Shown: positions 1 through 11,217, counted from the first letter of the stretch. The stretch is 64,000 bases of DNA from Candidatus Cloacimonadota bacterium (GCA_023954715.1 JAGSHD010000009.1:56272-120271), one strand, 5' to 3'. The notes: generated from the sequence alone by a model not told the origin. Numbers and translations: made by a program.

Positions 1-1
1 A

Positions 2-1123
2 ACAGCCTTTGATTTAGAAATGATCAGTGAAATTGGTTTTTGCTCGGGTATTGAAAATTATTCAAGACACTTAGAAGGGCGAAACGAAGGCGAGCCTCCT
101 ACGACATTGCTGGATTATCTACCACACAATGCAATGATTTTCTTAGATGAGTCTCATGCGACGATTCCTCAATTAAAAGGGATGTATAATGGAGATAGAG
201 CACGAAAGAAGAATTTAGTAGATTTTGGATTTCGATTGCCTTCTGCTCTTGATAATCGCCCACTAAAATACGAAGAGTTTGATAAAATTGATCGCCAAGT
301 AGTTTATGTATCTGCAACACCTGGTCCTATTGAGTTACAAAATGCTTCAAATCACTTGATTCCACTAATTATCAGACCAACGGGTTTATTAGACCCAGAA
401 ATTGTTATTAAACCAGTAGAGTTTCAAGTGGATGACGTAATCAAAGAGTGTAAGATTCGTATTGAGCGTAACGAAAGAGTTTTTGTTACTACATTAACTA
501 AAAAAATGTCTGAAGACTTAAGTGAATATATGGTGGAGCAAGGAGTTAATGCTAAATATTTACATTCAGAAGTTAAAACTATTGAACGTCAAGAGTTAAT
601 TAGAGAGTTGCGCTTAGGCAAGTTTGATGTCTTAATTGGGATCAATCTACTCCGAGAAGGTTTAGATGTTCCAGAAGTGTCTCTAGTTTGTGTTTTAGAT
701 GCTGACAAAGAAGGGTTTTTACGATCGAGTACAGCCTTGATCCAAATTTCTGGAAGAGCAGCAAGAAACTCCAACGGTCAGGTGATTTATTATGCGGATA
801 AAAGAACAGACGCAATAGAAGCTTCAATCCAAGAAGCTAACACTAGAAGATCTCTACAAAAAGAATATAATCGGCTTCACGGAATCACTCCTAAAACCAT
901 CTATAAAGATGTTTATGATTCTATTCGTGATGAGATACCAGTAGAAGAAGAAGCAGAACAAGCTATCGAAGCAGTAAAACAGATTAGAAATCTAAGTGAA
1001 AAAGATAAATTGGCTGAGGTTAAAAATTTAAGCAAATTAATGCATAAAGCATCTGAAGAGTTAAATTTCGAATTAGCTGCGAAACTTAGAGATGAGATCT
1101 ATGTCTTACAAGGTAAATCTTAG
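2..1123 (+). CDS. uvrB: Excinuclease ABC subunit B, C-terminal part (5' end lies outside the window)
   Basis: The frame is open from nt 2 ([24 protein letters not shown]). It has a helicase C-terminal domain ([33 protein letters not shown]) and a terminal UVR motif ([14 protein letters not shown]). Confidence 0.95.
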   Translation, partial: TAFDLEMISEIGFCSGIENYSRHLEGRNEGEPPTTLLDYLPHNAMIFLDESHATIPQLKGMYNGDRARKKNLVDFGFRLPSALDNRPLKYEEFDKIDRQVVYVSATPGPIELQNASNHLIPLIIRPTGLLDPEIVIKPVEFQVDDVIKECKIRIERNERVFVTTLTKKMSEDLSEYMVEQGVNAKYLHSEVKTIERQELIRELRLGKFDVLIGINLLREGLDVPEVSLVCVLDADKEGFLRSSTALIQISGRAARNSNGQVIYYADKRTDAIEASIQEANTRRSLQKEYNRLHGITPKTIYKDVYDSIRDEIPVEEEAEQAIEAVKQIRNLSEKDKLAEVKNLSKLMHKASEELNFELAAKLRDEIYVLQGKS

Positions 1124-2942
1124 TCAACAATTAATAAAAACTTTAGAGTCGATCCCAAATGAATCTGGAGTTTATCAATATTTTGATGCATCTAACACCA
1201 TAATATATGTTGGTAAGTCTAAGTGCTTAAAAAAGAGGGTTCGCTCGTATTTTGATAGAACCCACGACTCTATGCGTACGGCCCAGCTAGTACAACACAT
1301 TGTACGAATTGAATATACGACAACACAAAATGAACTTGAAGCTTTAATCCTTGAATGTAACCTGATAAAAAAATACCAGCCAAAATATAATGTTTTATTT
1401 AAGGATGGTAAAACTTACCCTTACATTAAGTTTAACAATCATCTCAAATATCCTTATATAGAAAAAGTTAGGCAAGTGAAGCAAGACGGTGCAAAGTATT
1501 ATGGGCCTTATGTAGATACTTATAAACTTTCACAAATTCTCAAATATATAGATCAATATTATCCATTAGTAAAATGTAATAAAGATGTGTCCAATAGAGA
1601 TGGTAAAGCATGTTTAGATTATCAGATCAACCGATGTGTTGGTCCTTGCTTTAAAGAAATCGATGATTTGCAATATAATGAGTGGGTTTCTCAGATAAAA
1701 GATTTGTTTGAAGGAAAGGTATCTTTAGTCAGCCAAAGATTAAAAGTTGAGATGCAATTACAGGCTAAAAGTTTAAACTTTGAAAAGGCCGCTGTACTAA
1801 GAAACCAAATGATGGCTTTGGATATCTTTACTAATAAGCAAGATGTCATAACCCAAGTCGATAAAAATGAAGATATCATAGCTATTAGTATTATTGATCA
1901 GCATTATTTAATTCAGCACCTACTTGTCAGAAAAGGTAAAATCATAGATCAGCGAAAGATCATGCAAGAAAATACTTTTCGCCAATCAAGAAGCGATTTA
2001 TTGATTCAATATTTTAGACAATTTTATTTAAGCTTTGTTGATTGTGCCATTGAAGTTGTTTGTGAAGAGCCTATTGAAGAGAATGATCAATTCAATGAAT
2101 TTTGTGAGTCTTATGAGTTAATGCATAATAAGAAGTTTACCATTTCTATTCCTAAAATTGGTAGAAGACGTAGACTGCTAAATTTAGCTATAAAAAACTC
2201 CTCAGAAGCACTAAGAGCAGAGCTATACAAGTCTGACAAAACTGGCAAGTTACTCGTTGAAACAAAAGAAAGCTTAAATTTAAAGTCCATCCCTTATCGC
2301 ATAGAATGTTTTGATATCTCTAATATCCAAGGCACTGACCCTGTAGCATCCATGGTAGTAGCTATCAATGGAAAAATGGATAACTCTGAGTACCGGAGAT
2401 TCAAAATTAGAGTAAAACAAACTCCAGATGACTTTGCTATGATGAGAGAAGCGGTCTTTAGAAGATACAAAAGATTACAAGATGATCATAAAAAAATGCC
2501 TGATTTAATTATTATAGATGGTGGACTTGGTCAACTACATGCAGCAGCTGAAAGTTTAAGAGATTTAGGCTTGTCCATTGAGCTCACTTCATTAGCAAAA
2601 CGAGAAGAGCTGATATATGTTGATGGCGATTTTAATAGCCCATATCAGCTAGGACGCTTTTCGCAAGTACGATTATTCTTTCAAAGAATTAGAGATGAAG
2701 CTCACCGTTTTGCTATTACCTATCACAAAAAATTAAGGTCTAAAAGAACGATACATTCAATTTTGGATGAAGTTCATGGGATAGGTAAGAGTCGGAGAGA
2801 AAAACTTTTGAATGCGTTTAAGAGTGTAGATGTAATAGCAGATCAAACCGTACAAAATCTTGTAGATATAGGTATTCCTAGTAATGTGGCAAGTGATTTA
2901 TTAAGTTATTTAAAATCTCATCTAGATAGTAAAAATCTATAA
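1092..2942 (+). CDS. uvrC: Excinuclease ABC subunit C
   Basis: N-terminal GIY-YIG motif ([29 protein letters not shown]), a UVR motif, an endonuclease V-like region and a C-terminal HhH. The start is ATG 1092 or 1101, and both overlap the uvrB 3' end. Confidence 0.93.
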   Translation: MRSMSYKVNLSQQLIKTLESIPNESGVYQYFDASNTIIYVGKSKCLKKRVRSYFDRTHDSMRTAQLVQHIVRIEYTTTQNELEALILECNLIKKYQPKYNVLFKDGKTYPYIKFNNHLKYPYIEKVRQVKQDGAKYYGPYVDTYKLSQILKYIDQYYPLVKCNKDVSNRDGKACLDYQINRCVGPCFKEIDDLQYNEWVSQIKDLFEGKVSLVSQRLKVEMQLQAKSLNFEKAAVLRNQMMALDIFTNKQDVITQVDKNEDIIAISIIDQHYLIQHLLVRKGKIIDQRKIMQENTFRQSRSDLLIQYFRQFYLSFVDCAIEVVCEEPIEENDQFNEFCESYELMHNKKFTISIPKIGRRRRLLNLAIKNSSEALRAELYKSDKTGKLLVETKESLNLKSIPYRIECFDISNIQGTDPVASMVVAINGKMDNSEYRRFKIRVKQTPDDFAMMREAVFRRYKRLQDDHKKMPDLIIIDGGLGQLHAAAESLRDLGLSIELTSLAKREELIYVDGDFNSPYQLGRFSQVRLFFQRIRDEAHRFAITYHKKLRSKRTIHSILDEVHGIGKSRREKLLNAFKSVDVIADQTVQNLVDIGIPSNVASDLLSYLKSHLDSKNL

Positions 2943-3488
2943 AAAATACATTGTATTCAGATTATGACCAGCAATTGTCATTCAATTATTCCACTTAAAC
3001 AGGACTTATGTATTTAGATTAATTCTAAAGTGAAGTATCAAAAGGTAGAATCCCACCATTTATAGAGTCATCAGAATATTTCGTACAATTTTGTGACTAA
3101 TCTATGGTCTAAATGTCATGGAATTGTAAATTTTCATGCTGGTGAATTTTGAATGATTGTTGTTTATTTTGTAAATTCTCGTACTTTTTTGTTGTAATAC
3201 GTGCAAAAAACTCATAGTTGGTACCTTTAAAGAATGTTTCGCCCGATAGCGTACTAATGTACTTGGAAAGTGCCATAAATAAAGGGTTTAAAGGGTTTTT
3301 TGTTAGGATAAAAAATGTAAAAAAACTAGCATTTTTTGTAAATTCTCTACCCATTGAAGCCGAAAATAAAAAAGACCGCAATAAAGAAATCAAAAACACG
3401 GACTTAGATGCAAAGATAAGAAAGTGTAAACGCAGTAGCAAATGAAGCAGTATTAAACGAAGTAACAAAAAAAATAGAGGAAATTGCG

Positions 3489-3932
3489 ATGAAAAGTTTT
3501 TTTACACCAAAAGAAGTAGCGAGAATCATAGATATCTCGTACAGACAGATTCAGTACTGGGACAAGACAAATTTTATAAAACCGTCTTATCGCAGAAAAT
3601 CAAAGTATAGATTATATACGTTTACAGATTTGTTCCAGTTGAAAATTTCAAAGGTTCTTAGAAAGCATGGCTTCTCCATCCAAAAGCTAAGAACAACAAT
3701 TGAAAACCTAAGAAAATTATTACCACAAGTAAATCATCCGCTGATTGAGTTGACGTTTCTAATTGATGAACACAAGATTTTAGTTTTCAATGGAGATGTA
3801 GTTATGGATGAAAAAGCTGGGGAAAATTACATAAAATTTAGAGTAAAAGATTTAAGAACAGAAGTAGATACTATCTACCCATCTGTTGAATCATCTAGTT
3901 TCATGGAACCAGGTAGAGTGAGTTTCGGATAG
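3489..3932 (+). CDS. MerR-family transcriptional regulator
   Basis: N-terminal MerR-type HTH (FTPKEVARIIDISYRQIQYWDKTNFIKPS). GGA-rich RBS upstream. Confidence 0.75.
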   Translation: MKSFFTPKEVARIIDISYRQIQYWDKTNFIKPSYRRKSKYRLYTFTDLFQLKISKVLRKHGFSIQKLRTTIENLRKLLPQVNHPLIELTFLIDEHKILVFNGDVVMDEKAGENYIKFRVKDLRTEVDTIYPSVESSSFMEPGRVSFG

Positions 3933-3958
3933 ACATTCGAAATGAAACAATATAAATC

Positions 3959-4001
3959 ATGGGTATGTCAGACTTAATTGGATGATATGCCCATTTTTTT
4001 T
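3959..4001 (+). terminator. Rho-independent terminator after the MerR-like gene
   Basis: Stem ATGGGTAT / ATATGCCCAT followed by a run of about 8 T. Confidence 0.5.
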
Positions 4002-4066
4002 CAAATATCATTTGATGCAAGTTAAATCAGACTGAAGTTTAACTGGTGATTATAATGGAGTGATTG

Positions 4067-5419
4067 ATGAGATATATAATGATCTTGGTGGTGCTTTTAC
4101 AAAATGTAATGGCACTTTCAATACCAAAAAATAACTTTCGAGGCAATGGACTAATATATACGGATATAGTTCAAAATGATGGTGGTTTCGAACAGCTAAG
4201 AAACTATGATTACAAGCAAGTTTATTATCCCACAGGATCTATATATTTAGATGGAGAGTTTGTACGAAAAAAATCAATCACTTGGGATACCAGTGAAAAA
4301 AAGTGGTTAAGCCGATATTATTACAACCATAATTTACAATACAAGTTAGATCCTAAATTACAAACAAAGTTAAGTAAAGACTCCTATGAATCAAAAAAAA
4401 TAGCTCAAATCTTAGCTAAAGAAATAAGTTATTATGAAGGAAAATTTCAAAATATCATCTTAGATTTAAGTGATTCTTGCCATAAAGATTTAAGCATCAT
4501 TCCTATAAAAGAGCAATTGGCTTTGTATCAAAGAAAACTTGGTTTGAAATTACAAGTAAAGGATATTAGAGAAAGCAAGATCGTTTTTAAAAAGACTCCA
4601 GATTTTTTCATCTTTGAAGTTGATATATATGATCAAGAAAAATTACCGTACTACCAAAAGCACTTAAGTAAATTAAACGTGCCTTATTATCTATCTTTCA
4701 CTATGAAAAGTAGTTTTACGCTAGAGGGACAAAAAATTTCACTCTCAGCAGAAGAAAAGGGTGACTTAATCTTAATTTCAGAAGAAAAAGTAAAGAAAGG
4801 CATAAAAAAGCTATATAAAGTTGCCTCTGATAATAATATCAAATTTCAAAAAAACGAACGAATCACAGAGTTGTCCCCCTCTGTAATGATGCTCAATGAT
4901 GCCTTAAACTTATCAGAGAAGATCGATAACTTTTGGTATAATGGTCATATAATTGATTTGAATCGATGGAGTTCACGATTGTTAACGCGCGAGGAGATAG
5001 CTTATGCTCCGCCCACTATAGATTATTTAAAAACAAAATCAAAGAAAGGTCTTGAGCTATCTTTAAATTTGTCTAATCCAAATCCAGTAGGTACATCTCA
5101 ATATAAAGATCAAGCAGGAATAGCCTTAAAGTTGAGAGGGTATCAATTGAAGTCTATTGATATGTCGGCCTTTGACAATATCAAAGCCTTTAGTATGAAT
5201 GGGGATGATTTTCTGTACTTTACTTTAAATAGTTTAAATGCATTTGCAAAAAGTGGTACAATCAAATTACAATTAAATGAAAATAGTGACAATCCTCAAA
5301 TCTCAAGTGTGGCTTGGATAAAATTACCCGCAGAAGTCGATTATCTATATAATAATGGAGACTTTAGCTCTAGAATACCAGAATATCAATTGAAACACTT
5401 TTCAGAATTTATGGAATAA
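4067..5419 (+). CDS. Secreted hypothetical protein
   Basis: Long ORF with an N-terminal signal-like hydrophobic segment (MRYIMILVVLLQNVMALS). GGAG lies 6 nt before ATG 4067. No family recognised. Confidence 0.6.
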   Translation: MRYIMILVVLLQNVMALSIPKNNFRGNGLIYTDIVQNDGGFEQLRNYDYKQVYYPTGSIYLDGEFVRKKSITWDTSEKKWLSRYYYNHNLQYKLDPKLQTKLSKDSYESKKIAQILAKEISYYEGKFQNIILDLSDSCHKDLSIIPIKEQLALYQRKLGLKLQVKDIRESKIVFKKTPDFFIFEVDIYDQEKLPYYQKHLSKLNVPYYLSFTMKSSFTLEGQKISLSAEEKGDLILISEEKVKKGIKKLYKVASDNNIKFQKNERITELSPSVMMLNDALNLSEKIDNFWYNGHIIDLNRWSSRLLTREEIAYAPPTIDYLKTKSKKGLELSLNLSNPNPVGTSQYKDQAGIALKLRGYQLKSIDMSAFDNIKAFSMNGDDFLYFTLNSLNAFAKSGTIKLQLNENSDNPQISSVAWIKLPAEVDYLYNNGDFSSRIPEYQLKHFSEFME

Positions 5420-5432
5420 AAGCAGGAATAGA

Positions 5433-6512
5433 ATGACAAAACCATTAGTATTGATTGTTGATGATACAGCTGAAAATATACAAGTACTAGGAAAAATTTT
5501 AAAAGGTCTTTCTTGTAACATTGCCGTAGCAAAAGAAGGAAAGACTGCACTTTCTATCGCAAAGTCAAAAGTTCCTGATTTAATTTTGTTAGATGTGATG
5601 ATGCCGGGGATGTCTGGTTTTGAAGTCTGCCAAGAGCTTAAATTTGATAAAGTAACAAAAGATATACCAGTAATTTTTCTTACGGCCCTTTCAGATACTA
5701 AAGATATCATTAAAGGGTTTCGTCTAGGGGCTGTAGATTATGTAGTAAAACCTTTTATCCCAGAAGAATTATTGGCTCGAGTTACCACTCATTTGTCCAT
5801 GAGCCAAGATCGAAACACAATCGTTGAACAAAAAACAAAACTCCAAAACTTGATTCACATGTTATGCCACGATATCGGCAATCCAACGCACGCAATTATT
5901 ACAGTATTAGAGCTTCTGAAACAAAATCAGTTAGAGCTAGAGGAGTCTGTTGAATTAATAGATGAATCAGCTCAACGAACGGTTAACTTACTAGATGTGA
6001 TTAAACAATTTATGGCTGTTAAATCTAAAGGGCTTGATACTAGTATTGTTGATCTTAGTATGTCAGTGGGCGAGGCTGTAAAAGGTGTGCGCTTTCGACT
6101 TGATGAAAAAGAAATGGATATCATTGTCAACATGGAAGAAAATATACATGTTTGGGCGGAAGAAGCGACCCTTATTCACTCTGTATTAGTTAATATTTTT
6201 ACCAATGCCATTAAGTTTTCAAAAAATAGTAGCAATATTTGGGTAGAATGTATTGATAATACTAGCAATACTGAGCTGATCATAAGAGATAAAGGAGTTG
6301 GTATTCCGGTTAATATCCTAGATAAATTGTTTGATGTAGATGCTTGTACTTCTAGGAGTGGAACAGCAGGCGAAACAGGAACAGGGTTTGGAATGCCATT
6401 GGTAAAGCAATTGATGGCAACTTATGGTGGAGAGTTAAAAGTATTGTCATCAATCAATGAGCCGAGTGGAACAGAAGTACACTTGATCTTTAGAAAACAC
6501 AATCATGAATGA
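5433..6512 (+). CDS. Hybrid response regulator / histidine kinase (REC-HisKA-HATPase)
   Basis: REC signature (LIVDDT, LLDVMMPGMSG, KPF), an H-box (MLCHDIGNP) and G-boxes (DKGVGIP, GTGFGMPLV). Confidence 0.85.
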   Translation: MTKPLVLIVDDTAENIQVLGKILKGLSCNIAVAKEGKTALSIAKSKVPDLILLDVMMPGMSGFEVCQELKFDKVTKDIPVIFLTALSDTKDIIKGFRLGAVDYVVKPFIPEELLARVTTHLSMSQDRNTIVEQKTKLQNLIHMLCHDIGNPTHAIITVLELLKQNQLELEESVELIDESAQRTVNLLDVIKQFMAVKSKGLDTSIVDLSMSVGEAVKGVRFRLDEKEMDIIVNMEENIHVWAEEATLIHSVLVNIFTNAIKFSKNSSNIWVECIDNTSNTELIIRDKGVGIPVNILDKLFDVDACTSRSGTAGETGTGFGMPLVKQLMATYGGELKVLSSINEPSGTEVHLIFRKHNHE

Positions 6513-8304
6513 AGATGTACTTGCTCTAGAACAAGAGCTATTTTTTGTAAAAGAGCAATTAACTGAAGCCGAAGAAATAGCCAAATTGGGTCATTGGATT
6601 TACGACACCGAAGATGGTCAGTTTTGGTGGTCAGAACAAGTAAATAAAATATTTGTCATAAGTGGAGAGTCTCAATATTGCTCCATAGAACAATTTGTAT
6701 CTTTTATTGATGATAAAGATAAGCTTTCCTTTATGGAAAACCTTTTTCATGCGACAGATAGTGGTCAGGATTTTTCACTAGAGTTTCAAACTATCCCTAT
6801 TAATGGTATTCCTAAGTTTTTGTACTCACAATGGAAGTGTAGATTAGATGAAAACAATAAAGTCTACCAGCTATTTGGCATTTTTCAAGATATTACTGAT
6901 CGAAGAATCATCGAAGAAGTATTAAAAAGAGAAACACTAAAAGCAGGGCAAGCGAATCGCTCCAAAAGTATATTTTTGTCTAATATGAGCCATGAAATTC
7001 GTACACCTATGAATGCCATTTTAGGATTCACTGAGATTTTATACAATGAAATAGAGGATGATTCTCATCGCCACTATCTGGAAACGATCTTGAACTCCGG
7101 CAGGTCTCTTTTAAAGATCATTAATGATATTTTAGATTTGTCAAAGGTGGAGTCTGGTAAATTGACTTTAGAAGATGGGTACTTCAACCTAAGAGATTTG
7201 ATTAATGATGTATTAATGACTTTTACCCTAAATGCTCAAGCCAAAGGTATTGAGTTAATATGTGAAATTTCTAAGGATTTTCCAAAACAAGTAAAATTAG
7301 ATAAAGTCCGAATTCGACAAATATTAATCAACCTGTTTGGAAACGCCTTGAAATTTACGGATCAAGGAGCAATTACTATAAAAGTAGAAAATCCAAAGAA
7401 TAATATTTTACGAATAAGTGTTATTGATACAGGGGTAGGAATAGAAGATAGTCAACAAGGTAAAGTTTTTGAGGAGTTTGAGCAAACAAAGGGCCAATCT
7501 TTTGAAAAATATGGTGGTACAGGATTAGGTCTCTCTATCAGTCGAAAGATAGTTGCATTAATGGGTGGCAAAATATCACTAAAGTCAAAGTTGGGACAAG
7601 GCTCTAGCTTTATTATAGAGATTCCGGATGTTTCATTTAATGATGATGAAGCGATTAAAGATACCTACAATATGATTACTTCTGACTTAAGTTCAAAAAA
7701 TATTTTGATTGTAGATTCCACTTTAGAGTCAAAGACACTTTATCAGGGTTTTTTAAAATACACTAATGCTAAATTGCACTTTGTACAAAGTTGTAGTGAA
7801 GTGGATAACTACACCCGTACAGGGTCAATAGACCTTGTTTTGATAGATAAAAAGGGGATTTCATCTGAAGAAATCAAAGAAATTCCCTTTACTGACAAAG
7901 ATTATAATGGTTTAAAACCTAAGCTCGTGTTATGTAGTGCATCAACTGCCCAAGAAGAGCAAGAGCTATCAATGCTATATGATACGCATTTATTTAAGCC
8001 AATTTCACAAGCTGGTTTGGTGGGGTGTTTTAATGAGCTTTTTGATGTAAAGGCAGAGAAAGCTATTGTTGAAAATGTAAAAGTACATAGAGTAATTTGT
8101 TTTCCGAAGGATATTCAGCAAAAATTTATAGACTTTTTAGATGGCCTAATTGTTGATGAACTACAAGAGTTGATCGATAAAGTTTTACCACTATATCAAG
8201 ACAATACTTTTGTAAACGATTGGTGTGAAGAGTTAAGCACTGCTTTATCTATCTTTGATATTGAGCAAGTTGAAAACTTAATTCAAGAAATTGAAGTTCA
8301 ATAG
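6505..8304 (+). CDS. PAS-sensor hybrid histidine kinase with a degenerate C-terminal receiver-like domain
   Basis: PAS-like N-terminus, H-box (SNMSHEIRTPMNAILGF), N and G boxes (NALKFT, DTGVGI, GTGLGLSI), then a receiver-like segment that lacks the acidic pair. Confidence 0.85.
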   Translation: MNEDVLALEQELFFVKEQLTEAEEIAKLGHWIYDTEDGQFWWSEQVNKIFVISGESQYCSIEQFVSFIDDKDKLSFMENLFHATDSGQDFSLEFQTIPINGIPKFLYSQWKCRLDENNKVYQLFGIFQDITDRRIIEEVLKRETLKAGQANRSKSIFLSNMSHEIRTPMNAILGFTEILYNEIEDDSHRHYLETILNSGRSLLKIINDILDLSKVESGKLTLEDGYFNLRDLINDVLMTFTLNAQAKGIELICEISKDFPKQVKLDKVRIRQILINLFGNALKFTDQGAITIKVENPKNNILRISVIDTGVGIEDSQQGKVFEEFEQTKGQSFEKYGGTGLGLSISRKIVALMGGKISLKSKLGQGSSFIIEIPDVSFNDDEAIKDTYNMITSDLSSKNILIVDSTLESKTLYQGFLKYTNAKLHFVQSCSEVDNYTRTGSIDLVLIDKKGISSEEIKEIPFTDKDYNGLKPKLVLCSASTAQEEQELSMLYDTHLFKPISQAGLVGCFNELFDVKAEKAIVENVKVHRVICFPKDIQQKFIDFLDGLIVDELQELIDKVLPLYQDNTFVNDWCEELSTALSIFDIEQVENLIQEIEVQ

Positions 8305-8912
8305 GTCCCTGGGATGGGTTTTATTAGACAACTCCCATCTAATTGCAAAAATGTAAGTTGATAAGCATCCATCACATAGGCAAGGACTTCTAATGAATTG
8401 ACCTGATCTAAGTGTAGAGTTATGTTTCCATAAATTTTATTTGATAATAAACAAGGAAACTTCATAGTGCGTAGTATCTTTTCTAAAATCAAATATACCT
8501 CAACATTTTTATAAGAAGCACTAAAAGCAGGGTAATTATTGGTATTAAGAATTTTTGAAAGGGATATTCTTTTCTTTCGTAAAGGAGGAATCTTTTTGGT
8601 TCTTGGATAGTAAGCGTTATAAGATTTAGCTTTGAAAGGTGTGTAGTTTTCAGTTAGAATGAGCTGACGAAATACTTGATCAAAATTAGCACTTTTAAAT
8701 TCAACACTAAGTTTACGATTTTCAAGGTTGTAAGCAATCATGTTTTTCTTATAGAATGTGGAGATGTCATATAATACAGAGGCTGTACTTTGTAACTTAA
8801 AGCTCTTAGTGTACAGTTGATTTGAGTAAGTTACACTTAGTAGAAAAAATGAAACAACAAAAACAGATAGAGATTTTACAAAATATAAGTTTGAATAAGG
8901 AATTACTTTCAT
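8298..8912 (-). CDS. Signal-anchored hypothetical protein, possibly with secretin/TonB short N-terminal (STN)-like repeats
   Basis: N-terminal hydrophobic anchor and two alpha/beta modules that loosely resemble STN domains. The family call is weak. Confidence 0.45.
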   Translation of the reverse strand: MKVIPYSNLYFVKSLSVFVVSFFLLSVTYSNQLYTKSFKLQSTASVLYDISTFYKKNMIAYNLENRKLSVEFKSANFDQVFRQLILTENYTPFKAKSYNAYYPRTKKIPPLRKKRISLSKILNTNNYPAFSASYKNVEVYLILEKILRTMKFPCLLSNKIYGNITLHLDQVNSLEVLAYVMDAYQLTFLQLDGSCLIKPIPGTY

Positions 8913-10249
8913 ATTCAGAAATATATAAGATTGAAGATGTAAATGAAAGTTGTTTTATAGTTTATTTGTATTGTTCTTCATTGATTACGAGCCAACATAT
9001 CTTTGTAATCTCTGAAAATAAAGAAAGTCTACAACAAGCAGACTTTTATATAAGAAAGCACTTATCACTACAAAAAGGGATAAAATCCCTCTCTCTATAT
9101 CTATGTCTCCCAGGGGGAGAGCATAAATTAGTGCTATCAGAGGATAAAAAGCAAAAGCAATACTCAATTTTGTTTCCATTTGACTTTGCGGATCTTCGAA
9201 GTCAAATGTTTGAAACAAATGTAAAAGCTTTTCCGGTTGAAAAAATGACGATTTCTTACATTCTTGTAGGATTGATATTATTGATTTATTTTTTAAATTA
9301 TTTATCTATACAATTTACTATTTTTGAACCATGGTTTATAGATATTGGAATCAGTGTAAGCCATTATCTTGCTAATGATTATTATAATATGTTTATGGCT
9401 CTATTGAGTCATGCAGGATTAACTCATTTAGGTTTTAATGTTCTTTCACTGATCTACATCGGTAGAATCCTTGAAAGGCACTTCTCTTCTTCGAAATATC
9501 TTGCAATAGTTGCTGTTAGCGGTTCTTGTGGTGCATTAGGGAGTATAGCTTTTATACCGGATCAAAGTACATCAGTAGGAGCATCTGGCTTTATCATGGG
9601 ATTGATCGGTTCTTTACTGACAATTACATTTTTGAAAAATAGCCATTGGCCATCTTATTATCAAGAGCAATACCATAAATTACGGTCCTCATTACTAGCT
9701 TTACTAGCTATCAATTTGGCGATTCCATTTTTTGTAGCTAATATTGACTCTGCTGCACATATTTGTGGTTTTATCGGAGGGGTGTTTTTAGCTTTATTGT
9801 TTAATAAAAGTAGAACGTACAAGTCAAAACTGGTTTTATGTGTTTTATTTTCAGTATATGTATTTTGTTTGGAATTTTTGATCGAAACAAAAATTATGCG
9901 TATTGAAGAGTTTCGTACGATTCAGCAAGAACTTATTTCTAGTTTGAATACTAAAGAATATATGATGAAAAGAAATATAGTAGAGATTTCTAAACTAAAC
10001 AAAGGGATAAAGTTTGAATTTAATGAAGGAAATAAGGTAAATTACCCGATCAATCCAAAAATTGCTTCTAAGGATCCCTTACTAGAGCGATTAAATAAAC
10101 AGTTAACGAGTAGATTAAAGTCAGCTCTGAGTCAACTCAATTCTGAACAGTCTTTGAAGCTCTGGAAATCTGAGTATGATAAAATTGAATTGGAAATCTT
10201 AGTAAAATATAAATTGATAAAAGCGAATGCCACAAGAGATACAAAGTAA
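8822..10249 (+). CDS. Rhomboid-family intramembrane serine protease with N- and C-terminal extensions
   Basis: Rhomboid motifs HAGLTHLGFNVLSL, GASGFIMGLIG (catalytic Ser) and AAHICGFIGG (catalytic His), with multiple TM segments. The start is uncertain because the annotated 5' end overlaps the divergent gene. Confidence 0.8.
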   Translation: MSKLHLVEKMKQQKQIEILQNISLNKELLSYSEIYKIEDVNESCFIVYLYCSSLITSQHIFVISENKESLQQADFYIRKHLSLQKGIKSLSLYLCLPGGEHKLVLSEDKKQKQYSILFPFDFADLRSQMFETNVKAFPVEKMTISYILVGLILLIYFLNYLSIQFTIFEPWFIDIGISVSHYLANDYYNMFMALLSHAGLTHLGFNVLSLIYIGRILERHFSSSKYLAIVAVSGSCGALGSIAFIPDQSTSVGASGFIMGLIGSLLTITFLKNSHWPSYYQEQYHKLRSSLLALLAINLAIPFFVANIDSAAHICGFIGGVFLALLFNKSRTYKSKLVLCVLFSVYVFCLEFLIETKIMRIEEFRTIQQELISSLNTKEYMMKRNIVEISKLNKGIKFEFNEGNKVNYPINPKIASKDPLLERLNKQLTSRLKSALSQLNSEQSLKLWKSEYDKIELEILVKYKLIKANATRDTK

Positions 10250-11114
10250 TAACGATATAAAAATAGGTTCAAGTATTGCATTGATTGCTATCTTGGTAAT
10301 AGTACTTTTTGCTATTTTTTTTAAGTATCAATCAAAACAAACTGTGCTTGATGAGCCTATTGTTCGTAAAACCAAAGAAGCACCACAGATTATTAATGTT
10401 TTAGAGATCCCGCAAAACATTGAAGTACGTGAACAAAAACCAGAGAAGTTGTTACAATGGACCGATTTGAAAGCAACATATAACTTAGGTTTTTCAAAAC
10501 CTACAGGCTTTTTATCCGCTTTACTTAAAAAGTTATCCTTAGAAAAATCACAGAGTGATATTCATATAGCTTTGTTGGAGTTTGATAGTTCAGAGTCAGC
10601 TGAAAAGCTATTTTTTCAAAAGATTTCACTCTCGTTGCATTGGACGAAAGACTTTCACTCTTATAGCCTGGATGGCTTGTCATATCGTCTTCTAGATAAA
10701 TATATGATTTTAAGTGAATCTTCAGATTCTAAAGCACTAAAACTGTATTTAAACTCGATTTACAATAAGCTGTCTTTACGTCCCTACACATTTAAATCAG
10801 GTAGGCTTTTAAATTATGTAAATAATACGGACTTAACTAACTCTCATTTTTCAAAATTAAAGGCTTACGTATTTGAAATGGGTGGAAATAAAGTCTATGT
10901 TGCTTCAAGAGAGGCTTTTGACCAGAGTTTGGGTAACTTTAACTCACTTAGAAAATTCTCTATTGGTGATCTAACATTGCAAAGAGTTTTTAACGTAAAG
11001 TCACCCCTAGTTGTTTATGTAAAAAGGTCTAATACCCATGTGGTCTTTACGAATCCTCTTAAAAAACACTTAGCCATTCAAGATAAAGCAAAACTTATTA
11101 GATTATTTAACTAA
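10227..11114 (+). CDS. Membrane-anchored hypothetical protein
   Basis: Single N-terminal TM segment (IGSSIALIAILVIVLFAIFF). Long ORF in an operon-like position after the rhomboid gene. Confidence 0.55.
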   Translation: MPQEIQSNNDIKIGSSIALIAILVIVLFAIFFKYQSKQTVLDEPIVRKTKEAPQIINVLEIPQNIEVREQKPEKLLQWTDLKATYNLGFSKPTGFLSALLKKLSLEKSQSDIHIALLEFDSSESAEKLFFQKISLSLHWTKDFHSYSLDGLSYRLLDKYMILSESSDSKALKLYLNSIYNKLSLRPYTFKSGRLLNYVNNTDLTNSHFSKLKAYVFEMGGNKVYVASREAFDQSLGNFNSLRKFSIGDLTLQRVFNVKSPLVVYVKRSNTHVVFTNPLKKHLAIQDKAKLIRLFN

Positions 11115-11217
11115 GACAATATAGGACAAAATAGGACTTATTTGTTATACTGCCTTAGTAAAAGTTGAAGTCCATTCGCTGGTCACTTTAAGATTTTACT
11201 TAATGTAAGTAAATGTC

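Noticed and set aside
3109-3468. 119-aa minus-strand ORF and the overlapping 75-aa plus-strand ORF (3218-3445) in the uvrC/MerR spacer.
   Set aside because: Both are low-complexity. The minus one is Leu/Phe-rich and is the complement of a Lys/Glu/Asn-rich frame. Neither has an RBS or a recognisable motif, and they exclude each other. I treated them as AT-rich sequence artefacts, although a small basic peptide cannot be ruled out.
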